Positions 56,031 to 64,000 of a stretch of DNA of 64,000 nucleotides are shown one piece after another. Location of the stretch: positions 1,664,001 to 1,728,000 of the forward strand of contig CAVQXP010000004.1 in NCBI GenBank assembly GCA_963717935.1. Reading direction: 5' to 3'. Below the pieces are notes generated by a model. It was not told the DNA's origin and searched no databases. It saw only the letters and a program-made list of their open reading frames with translations. Origin of the DNA: Candidatus Eiseniibacteriota bacterium. Lineage in GTDB: Bacteria; Eisenbacteria; RBG-16-71-46. The position numbers and the translations under genes are program-made. The stretch's first letter is position 1, and each line of letters opens with the position of its first letter.

Positions 56031-58211
56031 TTGAACCTGACGTACCTGCCGCTCCAGGTCAGTCTCGTCACCGCGAGCGCGTTGCTTGCCACGATGATCG
56101 GGCTGCTCGCCCTGCTGCGGCGCGGGCACTGGCTGGTGACCCTGCTGTTCTCGTCGGCGTTTCTCAGCATGGCGGCCTTCCAGGCCGGGACCCTCGGCAT
56201 CGTGTACGCCGACTCCGCGCTGGCGGCCCGCACCTGGGCCACCTACCTGGCACAGGTCTCGGCACTGGCGTCGTGGCTGTGGCTCGCGCTCAGCGTGGTG
56301 CTGGCACGGCCCGACCCGTGGAAGCAGATCCGCGACGCGGGCGCCTACCTCACGCTGGCGCTCGTGGGCTGCGCGATCCTGTGGGGCATCGCCGGCACGC
56401 CCTGGGTGGTGCGCGAAGTGACCGGTGTGCGCGGCAGCGGGGTGATCCAGCTCGGGCCCCTGGGCAAGATCTACCTCATGTACCTGGTGGTCGTGATGGT
56501 GGCGATGCTGATGAATTTCGAGCGCATGCTGCGCATCGCCCCGGTCACCGTTCAGCGCTGGCTGCGCCCGTTGTTCGTCGCGTTCCTGGTGGGCATCCTG
56601 AGCGAGATGCTGCTGGTCTCGGGAGGGTTGCTCTTCGGCGGATTCCGGGTGTCCTGGCTGGCGGGGAGCGCGGTGCCCATGTTCGCGGCGGGAACGGTCA
56701 CCGCCCTGGCACTGGCGCGCCGACGCCTCTCGGACATGAGCGTGCCGATGGCCCGCCCGGTCATCTACTACTCCTCGGTCTCGCTCACCCTGGCCGGTGC
56801 CTTCCTGCTCCTGATGGCGGTGCTCTCGAAGGTTGTCCCGGTGCTCTCGCCCGAGGCCAAGCATGTCGTGAGCCTGGCCTTCTACCTGCTCGCGGGCGGT
56901 GGCGGGCTGTTGCTGACGCTGAGTCCGCGCACCAACCGCGCGGTGAAGCGCTTCGTGGACCGCAACTTCTACGCGAACCGCTACGACTACCGGCGTGAGT
57001 GGGAGCGCGTGAGCGCGGGCATCGTGCCGACGGCGCGGCTGGAGGACGTCGCGCGCCAGATGGAGGTGCTGGTGTGCGCCATCTTCGGCGCGGAGCGGGC
57101 GGCCATCTACCTGCGCGACGACGGGCGATCGGGCCTGCCCGGCATGGCCGCGCCGTTCCGCCGGCTGCACGGTCCGTCCGCCCTGCCGACCGTCATCGCT
57201 CCCGACAACGCGCTGGTGCGCGAACTGGAGCGCACGCGCATGCCGGTCGTGTTCCACGACGTGCGGCGGGATCTGGACCTCATCCCGATCGCGGTCGAGA
57301 ACCGCCCGACCATCCAGGCGATGACAGCCGCGGTGTGCGCTCCGCTGCAGGCCGGCGAGAGCGTGGTGGGGCTCCTGTGGCTCTCCGAGAAGCGCGACGA
57401 CGAGGCGTACACGCACGAGGACGCCGAGTTCCTCGGCGCCATGGCCCGCCAGCTCGGCGCGGCCCTGTGGTTCGCGCGCCTGGCAGAGCAGCTGGCGGAG
57501 ACACGGCAGCTCGAGTCGCTGAACCGGCTCTCGAGCTACGTGCTCCACGACATCAAGAACCAGGTCTCGGGCCTCTCGCTCGTGGTCCAGAACGCGCGCC
57601 GCTTCATGGACAACCCCGACTTCCAGCGCGACGCGCTGAAGACCATCGAGGGGACCGTGGCGAGCCTCACGCAGCTCATGAACCAGGTGGCCGGGATGGC
57701 GCGGCCCACGGACGTGCAGGTGGCGCCGTGCGAACTCAAGGGCCTGCTGGACGAGGCGGCTGCCTCGTCCGGGCTGGGCGGAACCGGCGCGGCAGCGGCG
57801 GACGTGCGCTTCCGGCTCACCTGGCGCGGGCCCGAAACGGCCGCGCTCGATCGCCGGCTCATGCTGCGCGTGCTCGTCAACCTGCTCACGAACGCGCGCG
57901 AGTCGCTCGGCGGACCCGGCGAGATCGAGCTGGCCGCCGGGCTCGAGCCCGATGCCGCCGGTGCGCAGAACCTCGTCTTCCGCGTGCGCGACACCGGGCA
58001 TGGCATGAGCGAGGAGTTCATCCGCACGTCCCTCTTCCGCCCGTTCGCCACGACCAAGCCCACCGGGCTGGGCGTCGGCCTCAGCCAGTGCCGCAGCATC
58101 GTCGAGGTCCTGGGCGGGACCATCACCGTCGACAGCCGCCCGGGCACGGGCACCACGTTCGCGGTGCACCTGCCGCTCGCCGCCGCCGAGACCACGGAGA
58201 AGTCCGCATGA
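56031..58211 (+). CDS. prsK: PEP-CTERM-system sensor histidine kinase (PrsK-like)
   Basis: ~9 TM helices; NFYANRYDYRREW signature; GAF domain; H-box VLHDIKN; NLLTNA, DTGHGM, FRPFATTK, GLGVGL. TTG start with AGGAGG RBS. Confidence 0.88.
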   Translation: MNLTYLPLQVSLVTASALLATMIGLLALLRRGHWLVTLLFSSAFLSMAAFQAGTLGIVYADSALAARTWATYLAQVSALASWLWLALSVVLARPDPWKQIRDAGAYLTLALVGCAILWGIAGTPWVVREVTGVRGSGVIQLGPLGKIYLMYLVVVMVAMLMNFERMLRIAPVTVQRWLRPLFVAFLVGILSEMLLVSGGLLFGGFRVSWLAGSAVPMFAAGTVTALALARRRLSDMSVPMARPVIYYSSVSLTLAGAFLLLMAVLSKVVPVLSPEAKHVVSLAFYLLAGGGGLLLTLSPRTNRAVKRFVDRNFYANRYDYRREWERVSAGIVPTARLEDVARQMEVLVCAIFGAERAAIYLRDDGRSGLPGMAAPFRRLHGPSALPTVIAPDNALVRELERTRMPVVFHDVRRDLDLIPIAVENRPTIQAMTAAVCAPLQAGESVVGLLWLSEKRDDEAYTHEDAEFLGAMARQLGAALWFARLAEQLAETRQLESLNRLSSYVLHDIKNQVSGLSLVVQNARRFMDNPDFQRDALKTIEGTVASLTQLMNQVAGMARPTDVQVAPCELKGLLDEAAASSGLGGTGAAAADVRFRLTWRGPETAALDRRLMLRVLVNLLTNARESLGGPGEIELAAGLEPDAAGAQNLVFRVRDTGHGMSEEFIRTSLFRPFATTKPTGLGVGLSQCRSIVEVLGGTITVDSRPGTGTTFAVHLPLAAAETTEKSA

Positions 58212-59651
58212 GCCGCGAGAAGGTCCTGATCGTCGACGACGAGGAAGCCATCCTGAGCCAGCTTCGCTGGGGACTTCAGGAGGAATACGACGTGCTGACC
58301 GCGTCCACGCCCGAGGAGGCGCGGCGCCAGCTGCGGGAGGAGCGCCCCAGCGTGGTGACGCTCGACCTGACGCTGCGCTCCGGTGGCGGCCCCGAGGACG
58401 GCCTGCAACTCCTCGACGAGATCGTGGACCAGTATCCGCTGACCAAGGTGATCATGGTCACCGGGAACGACGACCCGCAGAACGCCCTGCTCGCGATCCA
58501 CCGGGGCGCGGTGGACTGGTACTCCAAGCCGATCGAGCTCGACGAGCTCCGGGGCATCCTGCGGCGGGCGCTCCACGTGCGCTCGATCGAGCAGCTGCGG
58601 GGCGGCGCGGTGCTCTCCGGGCCGAAGCGCTACCACCGGCTGGTGGGGGAGTCCGAGGCGATCCGCCGGGTGTTCGCGCTCGTCCAGCGCGTGGCCGGGA
58701 CCGACGCGACGGTGCTGATCACCGGCGAGAACGGCTCCGGCAAGGAGCTGGTGGCCCACGCCATCCACACGGCCGGCGCCCGGCGGACCGGGCCGTTCGT
58801 GCCCATCAATTGCGGGGCCATCCCGGAGCAGTTGCTCGAGAGCGAATTGTTCGGGCACGAGCGCGGCGCCTTCACCGACGCCCACCGCATGCGCGAGGGC
58901 AAGCTGGAGCTGGCGGAGGGGGGCACCATCTTCCTGGACGAGATCGCGGAGCTGCCCACGCACCTGCAGGTGAAGCTGCTGCGCTTCCTGCAGGACAAGG
59001 TGGTCGAGCGCGTGGGCGGGCGGGAGCAACGCAAGGTGGACGCTCGCGTCGTGGCCGCCACCAACCAGGATCTCAAGGCGGCGATCGCGGCGGGGCGCTT
59101 CCGCGAGGATCTCTATCTACCGGCTGAGCGTCGTGAACATCGCGGTGCCGCCGCTACGCGAGCGTGGCGACGACCTGCGGCTGCTGGCGGAGTTCTTCCT
59201 CGGCTTCTACGCGATGCACCACAAGCGCCGCATCCGCGGCTTCACGCAGGCCGCGCTGCGGGCGGTGCAGGCGCACCCCTGGCCCGGGAACGTGCGCGAG
59301 CTGGAGAATCGCGTGCAACGCGCGGTGATCCTGGCGCAGGGCGCCCACGTGCGGCCCTCGGACCTCGAGCTGGAGGCGGGGCTCGAGGACGGGCCGCAGA
59401 GCCTGCAGGGCGCCCGCGACGAGGCGGAGCAGCGGCTGCTGGTCGAGTCGCTCACACGCAACGCCGGCAACATCACGCGTGCGGCACGCGACATCAGGGT
59501 GAGCCGGCCCACCTTCCACGACCTGCTCCGCAAGCATGGCATCGAGGTGGGGCGCTACCGCAAGCCTGACGTGCCTGGGCCGGTCGAGCCGGAGGGGGAC
59601 GGGGAGGCCGAGGGCGACGAGCCGGGCGGGCCGGCGGAGGAGCGGCCGTGA
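58208..59651 (+). CDS. prsR: Sigma54-dependent response regulator (PrsR-like; frameshift near 59115)
   Basis: VLIVDDE, VTLDL, GENGSGKE, ESELFGHERGAFTDA, FLDEI, WPGNVRELEN, Fis-type HTH SRPTFHDLL. Confidence 0.88.
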
Positions 59652-60295
59652 GCCCGGGCTATTTCCTCGCCATCGCCGGGAACATCGGGGTCGGCAAGAC
59701 GGAGCTCACGACGCGGCTCAGCGCGGAGCTGGGCTGGATGGCGTACTACGAGCCGGTCATCCAGAACCCGTACCTGGACGACTTCTACGCCGACATGTCG
59801 CGCTGGAGCTTCCACCTGCAGATCTACTTCCTGAGCGAGCGCTTCAAGGCGCAGGTCCAGATCGGCTCGAGCCCGCTGCCCTTCATCCAGGACCGCACGA
59901 TCTACGAGGACGCCGAGATCTTCGCCCGGGTGCTGCACGACCAGGGCTCGATGTCGGCGGTCGACTACCGCAACTACACGTCGCTCTTCCACGTGCTGGT
60001 GGGGTTCCTGCGCAAGCCGGACCTCATCGTCTACCTGAAGGCGAGCCCCGACGTGCTCATGGAGCGCATCGGGCGCCGGGGACGCGCCAGCGAGCAGAGC
60101 ATCCACCGCGACTACATCGCGCGCCTGAACGGCGCCTACGATGACTGGATGCGGCGCGCGCGCGCCGAGACCGAGGTGCTGGAGATCGACACCGACCAGG
60201 TGCCGCTCCAGGGCGAGACCGAGGCCTTCGCGCGGCTGGTGGGCGACCTGAAAGCGCGCTACCCGAGGCAGGCGGTGCTGGACCTGGGAGAGTAG
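59648..60295 (+). CDS. Deoxynucleoside kinase
   Basis: IAGNIGVGKT, NPYLDDFY, LQIYFL, QDRTIYED, PDLIVYL, RGRASE. Confidence 0.92.
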   Translation: MSPGYFLAIAGNIGVGKTELTTRLSAELGWMAYYEPVIQNPYLDDFYADMSRWSFHLQIYFLSERFKAQVQIGSSPLPFIQDRTIYEDAEIFARVLHDQGSMSAVDYRNYTSLFHVLVGFLRKPDLIVYLKASPDVLMERIGRRGRASEQSIHRDYIARLNGAYDDWMRRARAETEVLEIDTDQVPLQGETEAFARLVGDLKARYPRQAVLDLGE

Positions 60296-60378
60296 GGGGA
60301 CGGCCGGCTCCGCGGGCCTTGCTGCGCGACAGCCCCTCGTCCGTGGCCCAAGGGCGATCGCCCTCATGGGCGCGAAAC

Positions 60379-60449
60379 GCCGGGCCTGCCGGAGCCGTGG
60401 GACGAGCAGAGGCACCATGCGCTCGCCCCACGGCTCCGGCAGGCCCGGC
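60379..60449. repeat. 29-bp-arm hairpin with the conserved core (copy B1)
   Basis: Arms 60379-60407 and 60421-60449 with 1 mismatch; loop AGAGGCACCATGC identical to copy A. Confidence 0.85.
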
Positions 60450-60452
60450 TGC

Positions 60453-60523
60453 GCGATGGCCGTGACAGCCGAAGGACGAGCGCATGGTGCCTCTGCTCGT
60501 CCTTCGGCTGTCACAGCCATCGC
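60453..60523. repeat. 29-bp-arm hairpin with the conserved core in reverse orientation (copy B2)
   Basis: Arms 60453-60481 and 60495-60523 with 1 mismatch; loop GCATGGTGCCTCT is the reverse complement of the A/B1 loop. Confidence 0.85.
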
Positions 60524-60549
60524 CCATGCACCGCCCGTGCACGGCCCGT

Positions 60550-63363
60550 CTACCGCCCGGCGGACTCCAGCGCCGTCACGCACCGCCCGCACAGCCCGGC
60601 GCGTGCGCCCTCGGCGACCACGTCCTTGCGGTGCATCCAGCAGCGCTCGCACTTCACCAGCGCCGTGGGCTGCACCGTGACCGCCAGTTCACCCGTGGGC
60701 CCGGTCGCCGTCAGCTCCACCTTCGCCACGATCAGGAACGCGGCCAACTCGCCGCCGTAGGCGCGCAGTCGCGAGATCACGGGCTCGGGGCCGGCGATCG
60801 CGATCTCGGTGGCCGCGGGCGAGGCCACCGTCTTTGCCGCACGCAGCGGCTCGATGGCGGCGTTGACCGCGTCGCGCACGCCGTGCAGGAACTCCCACTC
60901 CTCGTCGGTCGCGGGGTCGGTCGCGCCGGCCGGCCGCTCCGGCCAGCGCGCCAGGTGCACGCTCTCGCACTCGGCCAGCAGCGCGGGGTGGTGCTGCCAG
61001 ACCTCCTCGGCGGTGAAGACCAGCGCCGGAGAGATCGCGATGGTCAGGTCGTGCAGCGCCTGCCACAGGACGGTCTGCGCCGAGCGCCGTGCGGGATCGT
61101 CCGCGGCCAGCGTGTAGAGCCGGTCCTTCGAGACGTCGAGGAAGACGGCCGAGAGATCCACGGTGCACAGGCCGAGCACGGCGTCGAGGGCGCGGTGGAA
61201 CTGCAGCGCCTGCCAGGCCTCGCGCACCACGGCGAGCCGGGCGGTGAGCGCGTCGGAGAATGCGCGGTCCACCGCGGTGAGCCGTTCGCACGGCAGCGCC
61301 TGCGCGGGATCGAAGTCCCCGAGGTTGCCGAGCAGGAAGCGGAACGTGTTCCGCACCTTCCGGTAGGCGTCGGCAGTGCGCTCGAGGATCTCGTCGCTGA
61401 CGCGCACGTCGCTGCGCCAGTCGGTGGCCAGCGCCCACCAGCGCACGATCTCGGCGCCGTACTTCTTCACCACGTCGTGCGGCAGGATGATGTTGCCGAG
61501 CGACTTGTGCATGGCGCGGCCCTCACCGTCGAGCACCCAGCCGTGCGTGCACACGTCGGTGTAGGGCGCGTGGTCGGTGGCGCCGACGCCGACCATGAGC
61601 GAGGAGTTGAACCAGCCACGGTGCTGGTCGGGGCCCTCGAAGTAGACGACGCGCCCGCCCTCGCTCTCGGCCTTGCGCCAGAGCGCGTCGAGCGCGGGGT
61701 GCGTGACCCGCACGGCGCGGTGGGTCGAGCCCGAGTCGAACCACACGTCGAGGATGTCGCTCTCGCGGCGGAACGGGCCTTCGGCGCCGCACGCCGGGCA
61801 CTTGAGGCCGGGCGGCAGGAAGTCCTCGACCGGGCGCTCGTACCAGGCGTCCGAGCCGTGGGCGCGCGTCATCTCGACGGCGCGGCGCATGATGCTGGCG
61901 TCGAGGATGGGCTGGTCACAGGGCTCGCAGTAGATGGCCGGGATTCCCACGCCCCAGCTGCGCTGGCGGGACAGGCACCAGTCGGGGCGCCCGCGCACGG
62001 ACTCGCGGATGCGGTTCTGCGACGACGCCGGATCCCAGTGCACGCCCTCGATCAGCGCGAGCGCGCGCTCGCGGTGCGTGGGAGCGTCCGCGGCGGGGGC
62101 GTGGTCGATGATCATGAACCACTGGTCGGTGGCGCGGAAGATCACGGGCTGGCGGCAGCGCCAGCAGTGCGGGTAGGAGTGGACGAACGAGGAGGCGGCC
62201 AGCAGCCGGCCGCGCTCCTTGAGCCACGCGATGATGTCGGCGTTCACCTCGAGCACGCTGCGGCCCACGAAGGGCTCCGCGCCGGCGAGGAAACGGCCGG
62301 CCTCGTCTACCGGGCAGGAAACCTCGAGGCCTTCGCGCTGGCCGACGAAGAAGTCCTCCTTGCCGTGGCCGGGCGCCGTGTGCACCAGGCCGGTGCCGTC
62401 CTCCATGCTGACGAAGGGCATGCCGTCCACCACGCGCGAGTCGCGGCCCCAGGGGTTCTCGAAGATCGCGCCGACCAGTTCGCGCCCTCGCACCCTGGCG
62501 GCGACGGCGGCGTCGGTCCAGCCGACGGCCTGCGCCACCGCCTCGAGCCGCGCGGCGGCCACGACCCAGTGCCGGCCTCCGGCGGTCGCCACGGCGTAGT
62601 CGGCGTCGGGGTCCACCATCAGGCCGACGTTGGCGGGCAGGGTCCAGGGCGTGGTGGTCCAGGCGATGGCGGCCACGCCGGGCCATGCCTCGAGCGCGCC
62701 GCGCGGGTCGGAACGCAGCGGGAAGGGCACGAAGATCGAGGGCGAGGGATCGTCCGCGTACTCGATCTCGGCCTCGGCCAGCGCGGTGCGGTCGGTCGGG
62801 CACCAGTGGATCGAGCGCAGGCCGCGCTGGATGAAGCCGCGCCCGGCGAGGACGGCGAAGGCGTCGAGGATCGCCGCCTCGAAGTTGGTGTCCATCGTCA
62901 GGTAGGGTGCCTCCCACTCGCCCCAGCCGCCGAGGCGCTCGAACTCGCCGCGCTGCACGTCCACCCAGTGCGCGGCGTACTCGCGGCAGCGGTGGCGCAG
63001 GGCGATGCGTTCGGGCTTGAGCCCCTTCTCGCGGAACTCGCTGGCGACGCGGGTCTCGATCGGCATGCCGTGGTTGTCCCAGCCCGGCACGTAGGGTGCG
63101 TCCCAGCCCATGAGCGAGGCCTGGCGCACGGCGGCGTCCTTCCAGATCTTGTTGGCCGCCGTGCCCATGTGGAGGTGACCGTTGGAGTAGGGCGGGCCGT
63201 CGTGCAGCAGCCAGACCGGCGCGCCGGCGCGCTTCTCGCGCAGGCGGTGGTAGAGGTCGCGCTCCTTCCACCACGCCAGGCGCTCGGGCTCGCGCCTGAG
63301 CAGGTCGGCCTTCATGGGGAATTCCGTCCGCGGCAGGTTCAGCGTGTCGCGATAGCCGGCCAT
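60550..63363 (-). CDS. ileS: Isoleucine--tRNA ligase (type 1, C-terminal zinc finger)
   Basis: TLNLPRTEFPMKA, LHDGPPY, WTTTPWTLPAN, GTGLVHTAPGHG, DWCLSRQRSWG, DQHRGWF, KCERCW...CGRC. Confidence 0.96.
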   Translation of the reverse strand: MAGYRDTLNLPRTEFPMKADLLRREPERLAWWKERDLYHRLREKRAGAPVWLLHDGPPYSNGHLHMGTAANKIWKDAAVRQASLMGWDAPYVPGWDNHGMPIETRVASEFREKGLKPERIALRHRCREYAAHWVDVQRGEFERLGGWGEWEAPYLTMDTNFEAAILDAFAVLAGRGFIQRGLRSIHWCPTDRTALAEAEIEYADDPSPSIFVPFPLRSDPRGALEAWPGVAAIAWTTTPWTLPANVGLMVDPDADYAVATAGGRHWVVAAARLEAVAQAVGWTDAAVAARVRGRELVGAIFENPWGRDSRVVDGMPFVSMEDGTGLVHTAPGHGKEDFFVGQREGLEVSCPVDEAGRFLAGAEPFVGRSVLEVNADIIAWLKERGRLLAASSFVHSYPHCWRCRQPVIFRATDQWFMIIDHAPAADAPTHRERALALIEGVHWDPASSQNRIRESVRGRPDWCLSRQRSWGVGIPAIYCEPCDQPILDASIMRRAVEMTRAHGSDAWYERPVEDFLPPGLKCPACGAEGPFRRESDILDVWFDSGSTHRAVRVTHPALDALWRKAESEGGRVVYFEGPDQHRGWFNSSLMVGVGATDHAPYTDVCTHGWVLDGEGRAMHKSLGNIILPHDVVKKYGAEIVRWWALATDWRSDVRVSDEILERTADAYRKVRNTFRFLLGNLGDFDPAQALPCERLTAVDRAFSDALTARLAVVREAWQALQFHRALDAVLGLCTVDLSAVFLDVSKDRLYTLAADDPARRSAQTVLWQALHDLTIAISPALVFTAEEVWQHHPALLAECESVHLARWPERPAGATDPATDEEWEFLHGVRDAVNAAIEPLRAAKTVASPAATEIAIAGPEPVISRLRAYGGELAAFLIVAKVELTATGPTGELAVTVQPTALVKCERCWMHRKDVVAEGARAGLCGRCVTALESAGR

Positions 63364-63392
63364 GTATCCCTCCAGTGTGACGATGGGACTCC

Positions 63393-63695
63393 AAAGAGAA
63401 ACGCCCCGACGCCTGTGCGCCGGGGCGGACGGGTCCGCGGTGCCACCCGACTTCACGCCGGCCTCGCGGTCGGCGCCTCGGGAGCCATCGGGGATGGCTC
63501 CGGCCCCCTGACGCGGGGCGGACGGCCGAGCCTACCGGGCGCCGTCGCCGCGGTCCCCGCAGGGTCGCCGCGCGGCGAGCGCCGTTCGGTCGGCGGCTCG
63601 GGGGTGATCTTCGGCGCGCGCGTGAGTGCCGGGCTCCCACCGTCCCCGGCTCGCTGGTACGCGCCGCGCGCCTACTCGTCCCCGTCACAGCCTTT
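63393..63695 (-). ncRNA. T-box riboswitch (Ile, ATC specifier) with intrinsic terminator
   Basis: Minus strand stem I with GCTGTGA, AGTAG, CAGCGAG and GGTGGGA motifs; specifier GAAG-ATC-AC (63606-63608); T-box AAGTCGGGTGGCACCGCG (63436-63453); terminator CGCCCCGG...CGGGGCG-TTTCTCTTT. Confidence 0.9.
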
Positions 63696-63871
63696 CGACC
63701 GGGTCGACTCGTGAGGCGCTCCGGCGAACGCGCTCTGAACCGGCAGACCGCGCTCAGGGCGCGATTCAGCGACGCGCGCCACGGATCGTCCCGACCGCGA
63801 CGGACGGTGACACGCCAGCCGCCCGGGGTCAAGCGCGCCGCCCGGGGCGCGCCGCCACGGCCCAGCCGCGC

Positions 63872-64000
63872 TCAGCGCGGGTGGTCTTCGGGGGCCGGGG
63901 AGGGAGGTGGAGTGCCGGCGCCCAGGTCGGCGAGGAGCAGGCAGGCGTCGGCCACGGTGGGCGGGGCGCCGCGGTACAGGCCGTCGAGGTCCTTCGCGGG
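63872..64000 (-). CDS. 3' end of an unidentified CDS entering from the right edge
   Basis: Open frame PAKDLDGLYRGAPPTVADACLLLADLGAG...EDHPR* with GC3-biased codons. Confidence 0.5.
   Translation of the reverse strand, partial: PAKDLDGLYRGAPPTVADACLLLADLGAGTPPPSPAPEDHPR

Overview
A very GC-rich bacterial chromosomal window. The gene content (FlgD-Ig/T9SS-CTD-like secreted proteins, a C25 gingipain-like protease, a GWxTD protein) suggests a diderm FCB-related candidate phylum such as Ca. Eisenbacteria; this is an inference. Many conserved genes are split by single-base indels, most likely long-read assembly errors. Contents in order: partial HExxH secreted peptidase; sucA-sucB-lpdA; a sigma54-driven DUF4114-like secreted protein; dedA; an 8-repeat propeller-like secreted protein; a receiver/PPDK-N fusion; gdhA; a rhodanese-methyltransferase; a GWxTD/TPR protein; suhB; a UvrD helicase-PD-(D/E)XK nuclease fusion; an ABC substrate-binding protein; the C25 protease; glnS-gltX-tRNA-Gln-tRNA-Glu; rsgA; a ~25 kb exopolysaccharide operon ending in exosortase, EpsI, a TPR lipoprotein, PrsK, PrsR and a deoxynucleoside kinase; and ileS under a T-box riboswitch. 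The most notable unexplained signals are: (1) three ~71-73 nt intergenic hairpins that share an identical 23-nt core/loop but have unrelated long stems; (2) a PEP-CTERM-like cargo gene with a sigma54 promoter whose tail is a non-transmembrane SFGGLKAKY motif, in a window that also holds a full exosortase/PrsKR module; (3) an 18-codon leader peptide plus terminator upstream of rsgA; (4) a transcription-terminating Ile T-box in an apparent diderm.
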